NCBI GenBank assembly: GCA_963833225.1
Contig: CAWHXD010000005.1
Coordinates: 134,173 to 198,172 of the forward strand
From: an uncultured Chloroflexia bacterium
GTDB taxonomy: Bacteria; Chloroflexota; Limnocylindria; Limnocylindrales; CSP1-4
DNA: 64,000 nucleotides
Reading direction: 5' to 3'
Shown piece after piece: positions 9,761-18,096 of this stretch. The translations under genes were made by a program, and so were the position numbers. Numbering within the stretch: the stretch's first letter is position 1; each line of letters starts with the position of its first letter. The notes under the pieces are model-generated. The model saw only the letters and a list, made by a program, of their open reading frames with translations. It was not told the origin of the DNA and searched no databases.

Positions 9761-9900
9761 CTGGCCCGGCGGCCGAACCTGGTCGCGCCCGGCGGCCCGC
9801 CTGGCCCGGCGGCCGCACCTGGTCGCGCCCCGCGCCGCGCCCCCGCGCCCCCGCGCCGGCGACCCCGCCCCCGCGCCGCGCCCCCCGCCCCCGCGCCGCG
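9761..9900. repeat. 30-bp direct repeat plus C-run tract (G-runs on the minus strand)
   Basis: CTGGCCCGGCGGCCG(A/C)ACCTGGTCGCGCCC at 9761-9790 and 9801-9830, then several C4-C6 runs up to 9900. Confidence 0.7.
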
Positions 9901-9920
9901 CGCCGACCATGCCGGCGCGG

Positions 9921-10922
9921 CTACTTCCCCTTCTTGTTGCCCTTGCCCTTCTTCTGCAACCCCTTGCGACGCTTCCCCGCACTCGGAGCAGCCCCCGACG
10001 CCTTGGATGTCCCGGGGGCTGACGAGGGATCCTCGGCGAGCAGCTCGACACGGGCGGCAAGCAGCGCATCACGAGCAGTGCCGCTGACCTCCGGGAACTG
10101 TGGGTCCATCCCGATCAGGGCGTCGGCAATGATCCCGGCAGCGGCCAGGCGGGCGAACCACTTGTTGTCGGCTGGGATCACGTGCCACGGCGCGGCGGCG
10201 GTGCTGCTGCGGGACAGGACATCGGCGAAGGCTGACTGGTAGGCGTCCCAGTTGGCTCGTTCCTTGACGTCGGCCGCGCTGAACTTCCAGTTCTTGTCCG
10301 GCTCGTCGATCCGGGCCAGGAAGCGCAGCCGCTGCTCCTCCCGGGAGAGGTTGAGGAACAGCTTGACGATGGTGTAGCCCTGGTCGACGAGATACCCCTC
10401 CCAGTCGTTGATCTGCCGGAACCGGCGAGTCCAGATGCCTTTGTTCTTGCGATCCGGCGGGAGCTTCTGCCCTTCGAGGATGGACGGGTGCACGCGGACG
10501 ACAAGCAGCTCCTCGTAGTACGACCGGTTGAAGATGCCGATCATGCCGCGGCCGGGCAGCGCCCTCTGGTAGCGCCACATGAAGTCGTGATCCATCTCCT
10601 CGGGCGATGGGACCTTGAACGAGCTGACGCTGACGCCCTGCGGGTTCACGCCGCTCATCACGTGGCGGATCGTGCCGTCCTTGCCCGCTGCGTCGATGGC
10701 CTGGATGATCACGAGCAGGGCCTGCGTGTCCTGGGCCGCGAGACGCGCCTGGTAGTCGCTCAGGAGCTCGATTCCACGGGCGAGAAGCCCCTCGGCGTCC
10801 GCTTCCTTGAGGCCTTGCGTGTCATCCGGGTCGTAGTCGCGTGGCAGCTTGACTCGCGTCCCGGGGGCCACTCGGAGGGTCCTCGCGAACTCACGAATGC
10901 GATCCAGGTCCTGGTCAGGCAT
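9921..10922 (-). CDS. ppk2: Polyphosphate kinase 2 (class III-like)
   Basis: QAIDAAGKDGTIRHV Walker A, FKVPS.EE.DHDF.WR, FNRSYYEE, WKFS..D..ER, PADNKW. Confidence 0.92.
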   Translation of the reverse strand: MPDQDLDRIREFARTLRVAPGTRVKLPRDYDPDDTQGLKEADAEGLLARGIELLSDYQARLAAQDTQALLVIIQAIDAAGKDGTIRHVMSGVNPQGVSVSSFKVPSPEEMDHDFMWRYQRALPGRGMIGIFNRSYYEELLVVRVHPSILEGQKLPPDRKNKGIWTRRFRQINDWEGYLVDQGYTIVKLFLNLSREEQRLRFLARIDEPDKNWKFSAADVKERANWDAYQSAFADVLSRSSTAAAPWHVIPADNKWFARLAAAGIIADALIGMDPQFPEVSGTARDALLAARVELLAEDPSSAPGTSKASGAAPSAGKRRKGLQKKGKGNKKGK

Positions 10923-11011
10923 GGCGGGTTCCTCGGCATGGCGGCAGGCGACCGCATCATCGTCCTACATCGGCCCCGTCACGTGCCAATCGGGCGGCCG
11001 GGCCACGTGAA

Positions 11012-11042
11012 CGCGCCCGGTCGGGAAGCCCGACCGGGCGCG
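11012..11042 (-). terminator. 14-bp stem-loop after the bactofilin-like gene
   Basis: CGCGCCCGGTCGGG-AAG-CCCGACCGGGCGCG, perfect stem. Confidence 0.65.
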
Positions 11043-11071
11043 AGCTGCGGAACCCTCAAGGGGGACGAGGA

Positions 11072-12019
11072 TCAGCCGCCGCTGGGCGCCGGTGCCATCG
11101 GTCCGACGAACGACTCGACGGGCTGTCCCGGGAGCTCCGGCCGCTGCGGCTGGAGGATCCGCCACCCGACGAGGAGGAGGGCGCCGAACCCGAACAGCGT
11201 CGCGATCGTGGACACGAAGGGCAGGATCGAGGCGATCGCCAGGACGATCACGCCCAGCACCGCGGCGCGGTAGGGGCGGCCCGTCTCGCGCTCGCCGCGG
11301 CTCCGCTCGAGCAGCCACTCGCCGACCCAGATCGCCGCGACGAGCCAGCCCAGGAACGCGAGCACCGGCAGGATGCCGAACAGCAGCACGAACCCGATGG
11401 GAGCTCCGATGACGCTCAGGATCAGCAACCCGCCGATGATGGGAAGCACGACGGTGCCGGCGAGGCCTGCCAGGAGCGAGTGGCCCGGGCGCCGGGTGAT
11501 CTGCGCCTCGGCCTCGCGCACCTGGCGCGACGCGAAGGCGGCGACCACGAGCCCCGCGACGATCGCGGCGATCGCGAATCCGATGGTGAGCGCGAGGACG
11601 AGGGGCACAAGCAGGACCGCCAGCGCCGCGAGGTCTGTCTCGAAGCTGGTGGTGCGGCGGCTGATGGTCGCCGCCGGATCCTGGGTGATGGTTCCCCGCC
11701 ACGTGCTGACGTCGCCGACGCTGGTGCCGGCCAGGAGGTCGACTCGCCCGCCGACGACGACGAGCTCGTCCACCGTGGCGCCGGCCATGGTGGCGGTTCC
11801 GTTGACCACGACGACGGTCTGCGCGTCGCCGCTGATGGTGGCGGTGCCGTCCACGACGACGACCGTGTTGACGGACGTGTCCGCGGGAAGGTCCACCGTG
11901 CCGTTGACGGACACGACCACGCTTCCGGTGGAGGTCACGGGCCCGGCGGCGAGCGCCACCGGAGCCAGGAGGGCGAGGAGGATCACAACCGAGGTCATGA
12001 CCAGGGACATGCGGCGCAC
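11072..12019 (-). CDS. Polymer-forming cytoskeletal (bactofilin-like) repeat protein with C-terminal membrane domain
   Basis: Signal peptide; VVVVDGTATISG/VVVVNGTATMAG/LVVVGGRVDL beta-helix repeats; ~5 TM helices; RBS AAAGGGG before GTG 12019. Confidence 0.75.
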   Translation of the reverse strand: MRRMSLVMTSVVILLALLAPVALAAGPVTSTGSVVVSVNGTVDLPADTSVNTVVVVDGTATISGDAQTVVVVNGTATMAGATVDELVVVGGRVDLLAGTSVGDVSTWRGTITQDPAATISRRTTSFETDLAALAVLLVPLVLALTIGFAIAAIVAGLVVAAFASRQVREAEAQITRRPGHSLLAGLAGTVVLPIIGGLLILSVIGAPIGFVLLFGILPVLAFLGWLVAAIWVGEWLLERSRGERETGRPYRAAVLGVIVLAIASILPFVSTIATLFGFGALLLVGWRILQPQRPELPGQPVESFVGPMAPAPSGG

Positions 12020-12254
12020 GGGATACACCCCTTTCGAAGGCCGGTCCCGCCGGGGCCATGTGGGCTGTCCCCGGCCGGGGTTCGTCCGGCCCGTTGGCTG
12101 GTTGGTTGTCGAGATCGACGGTAGGCTCCGGCGACCGCGGCGCCCAGCCGGGCAGCGGGCATCCTGGGGGTGGGGCTAGCACCAGTTCCCGCTCAAGTCC
12201 GGGGACGGTCCTCGGTGGATCAGCCCGCGGTGACGGGCCACCCGCGTGGCGCGG

Positions 12255-12740
12255 TCAGGCCTCGGGCTGGTCTGGCGAGGGCCCGGCACCCGTGGCCATG
12301 CCGACGTCACCCGCAGGCTCGCCGACGTCACCCGTGGCCGTGCCGACGCCACCCGCGGGCTCGCCGCGGAGCGGTGGCAGCGCCGCGAACAGCTCGGATG
12401 GCCGGTACGGCCGGATGAGCGTCGTCGCGCCCGCCGATGTGACGCGGTCACGCTCCGACGCCAGGCGCTCCGGCAGGATCACAACGGTGGGAATCGTCGT
12501 GTCGGCGATCAACGTGCGCACGGATTCGAGCTCCTGTGCCGTCCAGTTGGCGCCGAGGTCGAACACCATGGCCATGGGAAGCTCGTCACCTTCCCGCACC
12601 CTCACGACATCCGCCATGGATCGCCGCGTGATCACCCGGTGGCCGCCCAGCCGGATCGTGACCTCCAGCACGCGTAGCCAGCGCTCGTCCGGCGAGACGA
12701 TGAGCACCGGCGCGCCGCCAGGTTCCTCCACGGGCTCCAC
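12255..12740 (-). CDS. Atypical stand-alone receiver (CheY-like) domain protein
   Basis: VLIVSPDE...MVFDLG...PTVVILP...AGATTLIRPYRPSEL follows the receiver pattern; GTG 12740 lies 7 nt after TACACT. Confidence 0.6.
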   Translation of the reverse strand: MEPVEEPGGAPVLIVSPDERWLRVLEVTIRLGGHRVITRRSMADVVRVREGDELPMAMVFDLGANWTAQELESVRTLIADTTIPTVVILPERLASERDRVTSAGATTLIRPYRPSELFAALPPLRGEPAGGVGTATGDVGEPAGDVGMATGAGPSPDQPEA

Positions 12741-12767
12741 GCGTCGGAGTGTACAGTTCCCGACGAC

Positions 12768-13820
12768 GTGGACGAGGTGATTGCGCGGCTGTTGGGGATC
12801 GTCGCCGAGCGCGGGGGCTCGGACCTCCTGTTCGCCCCCGGTGCCCCACCGACGGCCCGAATCCGCGGCTCGCTGGTGCGCCTCGACGAGGAGCACATGA
12901 CCCCGGAGTCCACGTTGCGGCTGGCCCGTGCCCTGGCCGGCACGCGATGGGAGGAGCTTGAGGCCAGGCGCCAGCTGGACTTCAGCTTCTCGTATGGCGA
13001 GGTGGCCCGCGTTCGTGCGAACCTGTTCTACCAGCGCGGGACGCTGGCGGGGGCCCTGCGACTGATCCCGTACGTGATCCCCACGCTCGAGGCGCTGGGG
13101 GCGCCCGATGTGTGCGAGCCGCTCACCCGCCTGCCGCACGGCCTCGTGCTCGTCACCGGCCCCACCGGGTGCGGAAAGTCAACCACCCTGGCGTCCATGA
13201 TCGACATGGTCAACCGGGAACGGGCCGCCCACATCATCACCATCGAGGATCCGATCGAGTACGTCCACCATCACCAGCGCTCGATGGTCATGCAGCGGGA
13301 GGTCGGGTCGGACGCCATCGACTTCGCCGGAGCGCTCCGGGCTGCCCTCCGTGAGAACCCCGACGTGATCCTCGTGGGCGAGATGCGCGACCTGGAGACG
13401 ATCGCTGCCGCCCTGACGATGGCCGAGACGGGTCACCTCGTGTTCGCGACCCTCCATACGAACGACACCGCCCAGGCGATCGACCGGATCGTCGATGTCT
13501 TCCCGCCCCAGCAGCAGCGGCAGGTCCAGACCCAGCTTGCGCTGACCCTGGCGGCCGTCCTTCACCAGCGCCTGCTGCCGCGCGCCGACGGAGAGGGCCG
13601 CGTGGCCGCATTCGAGGTGCTGCTGGGCACGGCGGCGATCCGAAACCTCATCCGCGACGGCAAGTCGAACCAGCTGCGCAACGTCCTCGCGACCGGCGCC
13701 GCTGCCGGGATGCGCACGCTGGAGGCCGATCTCCGCCGGCTTGTGGGAGAGGGGGCCATCTCCCGCGAGGTGGCCGTCGCGGCTTCGGTGCACCCCACGG
13801 AGCTCGCCGGGCTCGGCTGA
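12768..13820 (+). CDS. pilT: Type IV pilus retraction ATPase PilT
   Basis: GPTGCGKSTT, TIEDPIEY, ALRENPDVILVGEMRD, AETGHLVFATLHT, AIRNLIRDGK. Confidence 0.95.
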   Translation: MDEVIARLLGIVAERGGSDLLFAPGAPPTARIRGSLVRLDEEHMTPESTLRLARALAGTRWEELEARRQLDFSFSYGEVARVRANLFYQRGTLAGALRLIPYVIPTLEALGAPDVCEPLTRLPHGLVLVTGPTGCGKSTTLASMIDMVNRERAAHIITIEDPIEYVHHHQRSMVMQREVGSDAIDFAGALRAALRENPDVILVGEMRDLETIAAALTMAETGHLVFATLHTNDTAQAIDRIVDVFPPQQQRQVQTQLALTLAAVLHQRLLPRADGEGRVAAFEVLLGTAAIRNLIRDGKSNQLRNVLATGAAAGMRTLEADLRRLVGEGAISREVAVAASVHPTELAGLG

Positions 13821-13831
13821 TACACGGAGAA

Positions 13832-13858
13832 GCGCCCCTCCCCGTGGGGAAGGGCGCA
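13832..13858. terminator. Stem-loop between convergent pilT and pilin genes
   Basis: GCGCCCCTCCCC-GT-GGGGAAGGGCGC, imperfect hairpin. Confidence 0.5.
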
Positions 13859-13915
13859 TCGGGCACTGGAGCATCTGGTGGGCGGTCTCACCGCCCGCGG
13901 TGCGCGGTCAGCAGA

Positions 13916-14296
13916 CTAGCGACACCCGCCGGTTGTACCAGCTGTCACCAGTCCTGCGGCCGTCCACCGGTACGAGCCCTTGGTCGTGGTCTGGCGGAGG
14001 TAGTTGGGCGACAGCGGCTGGGCGCCGGTGCCCGTCGGCAGGGCGGAGAAGGTGTTCGTGTCGGTCGTCCGCGCGGCGACGGCGGTGATGTTGTTCTTGG
14101 CCATCATGGCGTCCATGGCCGTCTGCACGGTCCGGAGCTCCTCGGCGCACGCGTTGGTCTTCGCGGTCCCGGTCAGGCCGACCAGGCTCGTGGTGACGAC
14201 GGCCGCGAGGATTCCCAGGATCGTGACGACCACGAGCAGCTCCACGAGTGTGAAGCCGCGGTTATCGCGGTGCGTCCGGGTGAGGAACCTCATCAT
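13916..14296 (-). CDS. Type IV pilin, probable major pilin
   Basis: Class III signal RDNRG|FTLVELLVVVTILGILAAVV; AAGGAG RBS; own upstream region; two Cys. Confidence 0.9.
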   Translation of the reverse strand: MMRFLTRTHRDNRGFTLVELLVVVTILGILAAVVTTSLVGLTGTAKTNACAEELRTVQTAMDAMMAKNNITAVAARTTDTNTFSALPTGTGAQPLSPNYLRQTTTKGSYRWTAAGLVTAGTTGGCR

Positions 14297-14523
14297 GTTG
14301 CGACTGCTCCTTGCGATTCGTCGGTTGCGCCAGGGATCGGGAGACGCCGATCCGCGCTGCCGTTCGGCGGTGTGGTGCCTTGCGTGGCCAGCCCACGCTC
14401 CGGGCCTGTTCACATGGTCTGCGCCATCGCCCTGCCGCCCTACCGCCCGATGGTCCGGTTGACCGGGGTACTTGTGCGAGGGTGCGGTGTGGTCCCGTGG
14501 CGTCCAAGTCGCCCCTGGCACCG

Positions 14524-16053
14524 CTAGCGACTGGCCGACCAAGCCTCGAGCACGGGTGGACCCGACCCGGCGTCGGTATACGTCGCCGTTACCGTGGATG
14601 CGCCCGCCGTCGCGGTCACGGTGACGATCCCGGGTGCGCTCTCCCCGGTGGCGATCTCGACCAGCAGCGCGTCCCAGTACGGGACGGGCTTGATATCGGA
14701 CGCATAGCCAATACGCGCTCGCAGGGCGTTGACTTCGGCTTTCGTCCAGGCGCCACTCGCCGGGATGATCGCGGAGCGATAGAACAGCCTCGTCTCCGAC
14801 ATGTCACCGCTGTAGATCGTCCGTTCGGTGTCGCCGTCGACGATGGTGGTCGCCGCCCGGTCCCTTGCGGCCGCCTGGGCGTGGTACGCGACGAGCCCTG
14901 ACACGCCCACGATGCACTTCTCGCTGGTGTCGGACAGCGTCAGCTCCAGGTAGCTTGTGGGGCCGGCGACGTCCTGCTGGACGAAGCCCGTCTCGCCGTC
15001 CATGGGGTCGTCGTCAAGCCGGCGGAAGGTATCGGGGTCGATCGCGGCCCCATCCTCGTGGTGGAACGAGGCCGGCGTGTCGCTGGTGCCCATGCCGTCA
15101 GGCCGCAGCGGCAGGACGGCGCCCTCCCCGATCGGATAGTCCGCCGAGGTCGCCGAGATCATGACGTCGTCGTAGTTTGCCGTGTACGTGTCGCCCTTCA
15201 CGTTTGACCCAAGCCGGAGGTACCGGACGCTGGTCGCGGCCCCATCTGCCGACACGTCGGTCTGGGCCACCCCGTCCACCTGCCACGAAGCCGTGCGCGG
15301 GTTGGTGGCGGCCGTGAGCTGCAGGTCGATGCGGATCCAGGTGGCGGCGTCGATGGTGGAGGCAGCGACGACCGGGGTACGGTTGCCGAAGCGGAGCGTG
15401 AGGCTTCGCGTCGATGCCTGGTACCCGAGGCGAAGGTCGTTGCCCTTGGCGGCGTCGAGCACGATCAGCTCCCTGATGTCCTTCGCGGGCAGCGTGTCGA
15501 GGCGCAGGTAGACGCGGGCGACGATCACCCCGCCGGCAGCCGGGAGGGCGACGTAGTCCTTCGAGTTCGCCGGATCGGCGATCTGCAGCGATCGACCGCC
15601 GCTCCGGAAGACGGACGCATCGGAGACCGAGTCGACCCCGCTGATCTTGGAGAACAGGCCACCGCCATCCTTCGATACCATGCCGGACTCGAAGCCCGTG
15701 ATCAGGATCGGCGACCGCACCGCACACGACGCCCCGCCATTGATCGACACCGTCGTCGACACGTTGGTGCCGTTCACGGTGATGTCGGGTGGGTTGCCAG
15801 ACCGGCCATGGCGCTGCCACCAGATCCCGAGCTCCACGCCGGCGTCTGCGGCGTGCAGATCTCCGCCCTGGGCTTCATTGGCCGCGGTCGTCCGCAGGGC
15901 CACCGAGGCATGGGCGGCCATGGCGCTGGCGACGATGAACAGGAAGGTGATCAGCGTCAGCACGACCGGCAGTGACTGGCCGCCATCCTCGCGCGCGATC
16001 CGACCGAACAGCCGTGCGAGCACCTGGGCCGGGGATCGGCGATGCCTGTTCAC
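14524..16053 (-). CDS. Large PilX-like minor pilin with inserted beta-sandwich (LamG/ConA-like) domain
   Basis: REDGG|QSLPVVLTLITFLFIV (no E5); A.AADAGVE.G PilX-type motif; TWIRIDL..WQVDG..LRLG..YDDV lectin-like signature; GTGA overlap with the upstream gene. Confidence 0.75.
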   Translation of the reverse strand: MNRHRRSPAQVLARLFGRIAREDGGQSLPVVLTLITFLFIVASAMAAHASVALRTTAANEAQGGDLHAADAGVELGIWWQRHGRSGNPPDITVNGTNVSTTVSINGGASCAVRSPILITGFESGMVSKDGGGLFSKISGVDSVSDASVFRSGGRSLQIADPANSKDYVALPAAGGVIVARVYLRLDTLPAKDIRELIVLDAAKGNDLRLGYQASTRSLTLRFGNRTPVVAASTIDAATWIRIDLQLTAATNPRTASWQVDGVAQTDVSADGAATSVRYLRLGSNVKGDTYTANYDDVMISATSADYPIGEGAVLPLRPDGMGTSDTPASFHHEDGAAIDPDTFRRLDDDPMDGETGFVQQDVAGPTSYLELTLSDTSEKCIVGVSGLVAYHAQAAARDRAATTIVDGDTERTIYSGDMSETRLFYRSAIIPASGAWTKAEVNALRARIGYASDIKPVPYWDALLVEIATGESAPGIVTVTATAGASTVTATYTDAGSGPPVLEAWSASR

Positions 16054-16574
16054 CACAGCCTCGGCGCCCCGCGCAGCTTCTGGGAGACCGACTCTCCGGT
16101 GGCGCCGGACAGCGACAGCGTGACCTGGATGGTCGGTCGCCCCGAGCCGTCCTGGGTCACGCGCCAGGAGCAGCTCGACACGTTGCGGGCCACCACGATC
16201 GTGCCACTCCCGCTGACCCGCTGGAGCCACTGGGGGCCGGCCGGGCTGCCTGACACCGTCCGGTAGCGCACCGGAGCTCCGCCCTCGTCCAGCCCGAGAT
16301 TGATCGGGGTATCGCACGAGGTGGCGCTCGCCTGGCCCCGCGCCGGGGCCGTTGCGGTGGCCATGGCCGCGTCGATGTCGAAGCGCATCGCGAACACGGC
16401 AAGGTCGCTCGCGAGCTCGGTGCGGTCGTCGGCGCGGACACGCAGGTCGTTGGTGGTGAAGATCGTCGATGTGACCGCGGTCATGATCATCGCGCCGATG
16501 AACGTGCCGACGAGCAGCTCGGGCAGGGTGAGGCCGGCCTCATCGCGGACGAGGCGGCGCAGGAACCCGGTCAT
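16050..16574 (-). CDS. Minor type IV pilin (PilW-like)
   Basis: RDEAG|LTLPELLVGTFIGAMIM; ATGA overlap. Confidence 0.85.
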   Translation of the reverse strand: MTGFLRRLVRDEAGLTLPELLVGTFIGAMIMTAVTSTIFTTNDLRVRADDRTELASDLAVFAMRFDIDAAMATATAPARGQASATSCDTPINLGLDEGGAPVRYRTVSGSPAGPQWLQRVSGSGTIVVARNVSSCSWRVTQDGSGRPTIQVTLSLSGATGESVSQKLRGAPRLW

Positions 16575-16978
16575 CGTTCCGCCTTGGCGAACTCGAGGGT
16601 CGCCGACTTGGAGCCATCGATGCGGATCCCGAGCGTCACCATCTGGAGCCCGTTGGAGTTCGGCGTCGCGGACCAGGCCGAGGTGCCGTTCCACCATTTC
16701 ACCGCCACGGTCCGGCTGTAGCCCGCGGGCAGCGGCTCGTCATACGCGCTGTAGTCGCCGTCCGCCTGGTAGGGGGCCGCGTTGATCCGCGCGGCCTGCG
16801 CGCGCGCGATCGCCTGGGCGATGCTCCGGTCCTCGGCGCCGCGGCTCGCGATCGCGAACGTGGACAGGCTGCCGACGAGGCCGATCAGCGCGATCCCGAG
16901 CAGGGCCGAGGCGACCAGCGTCTCGACCAGCGTGGAGCCGCGGTCGTCGGCATGCAGACGGCGGATCCGGGCGATCAT
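16571..16978 (-). CDS. Minor type IV pilin (PilV-like)
   Basis: DDRG|STLVETLVASALLGIALIG; ATGA overlap. Confidence 0.85.
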   Translation of the reverse strand: MIARIRRLHADDRGSTLVETLVASALLGIALIGLVGSLSTFAIASRGAEDRSIAQAIARAQAARINAAPYQADGDYSAYDEPLPAGYSRTVAVKWWNGTSAWSATPNSNGLQMVTLGIRIDGSKSATLEFAKAER

Positions 16979-18096
16979 TTGACCTGCTGGAGAATGCTGT
17001 ACATCGGGGTGATGACCGACAGGGCGACGAAGCCCACGACCACAGCCACGCCGCCGATCAGCACCGGCTCGATGAGCGTGACCATCTGCTTGGTCTTGTA
17101 CTCGAGGTCGCTGTCCATGAAGTCCGAGGCGAGGTCGAGGTAGGCATCGAGCGTCCCCGTCTCCTCGCCCACGCTGACCATCTGGATCAGCAGCGGGCTG
17201 AACAGCCGGGACGACCTGAGCGGTCCGGCGATGCCCTCGCCCGAGAGGAGCGCCTCGCGGACGGGGACGAGGCGCCGCACGTACTCGTCGTTGCCGGTGC
17301 CGACCGCGCTGATCTCGAAGGCCTGGGCGACCGGCACGCCAGCACGGAGCAGGATCCCGAGCATGCGCGTGAACCGCGACTCGATCCCGAGGCGGACCAG
17401 CTTGCCTACGACAGGCAGACGGAAGATCAGCCGATGACGCAGCCAGCGGACCCGTCGCGTGCCCCGGAGCATGAACGCGACAGCGACCGCGGCCAGGATG
17501 ACCCCGGCGGTCTGGATCCCATAAGCGCCGCCAAACGAACCCAGCGCCATCATCAGCTGAGTTGGCAGGGGCAGCTCCGCGTCAAAGTCCGCGAACAGCG
17601 CGACAAACGACGGGAGCACGAAGGTGATCAGGACCAGGACCACGACAACCGCGAGGCCCATGACGATCCCCGGGTAGAGCATCGCCTGGCGCACGCGCCG
17701 GGAGGTTGCGTCTGCCTGGTCCAGGTACCGGGCCAGCTGGTCGAGGATCACGTCCAGCTCCCCCGTCGCCTCGGCCGCCACGACCATGTTGATGTACAGG
17801 CGCGGGAAGACGCGGGGATGCCGCGTCAGGGTCGTCGAGAGCGGATCGCCTTCCCGGAGGTGGGTGGCGATGTCGTCGAGGGTCCGCCGAAAGACCTTGG
17901 AGTCGGCCTGCTCGCGCACGACGCCGATGCCATCGAGAATGGGGACGCCGGCACGAATGAAGGTGGCCATCATCCGGCTGAACAGCACCAGCTCGACCCG
18001 CTTGACCGAATCCAGGCCCGGGACGACCTGTGCCAGCCGGTCGTTGAGACGGGCGAGGCGGCCCGGTCCGCTGGCGATCGCGTCGATGGCGGCCAT
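16975..18096 (-). CDS. pilC: Type IV pilus platform protein PilC (T2SS F family)
   Basis: FSRMMATFIRAGVP, AAEATGELD, AMLYP, LPLPT, VGEETGTLD, LIEP; ATG 18096 overlaps the pilB stop. Confidence 0.93.
   Translation of the reverse strand: MAAIDAIASGPGRLARLNDRLAQVVPGLDSVKRVELVLFSRMMATFIRAGVPILDGIGVVREQADSKVFRRTLDDIATHLREGDPLSTTLTRHPRVFPRLYINMVVAAEATGELDVILDQLARYLDQADATSRRVRQAMLYPGIVMGLAVVVVLVLITFVLPSFVALFADFDAELPLPTQLMMALGSFGGAYGIQTAGVILAAVAVAFMLRGTRRVRWLRHRLIFRLPVVGKLVRLGIESRFTRMLGILLRAGVPVAQAFEISAVGTGNDEYVRRLVPVREALLSGEGIAGPLRSSRLFSPLLIQMVSVGEETGTLDAYLDLASDFMDSDLEYKTKQMVTLIEPVLIGGVAVVVGFVALSVITPMYSILQQVK

Noticed and set aside
12300-12366. 21-nt tandem repeats GCCGACGTCACCCG
   Set aside because: Low-complexity C-terminal tail of the receiver-like protein, not an independent element.
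14297-14520. Canonical c-di-GMP-I/II riboswitch before the pilin
   Set aside because: Core GGCAAA-GAAA-GACGCAAA or GGAA/kink-turn elements are absent; kept only as an unclassified structured leader.
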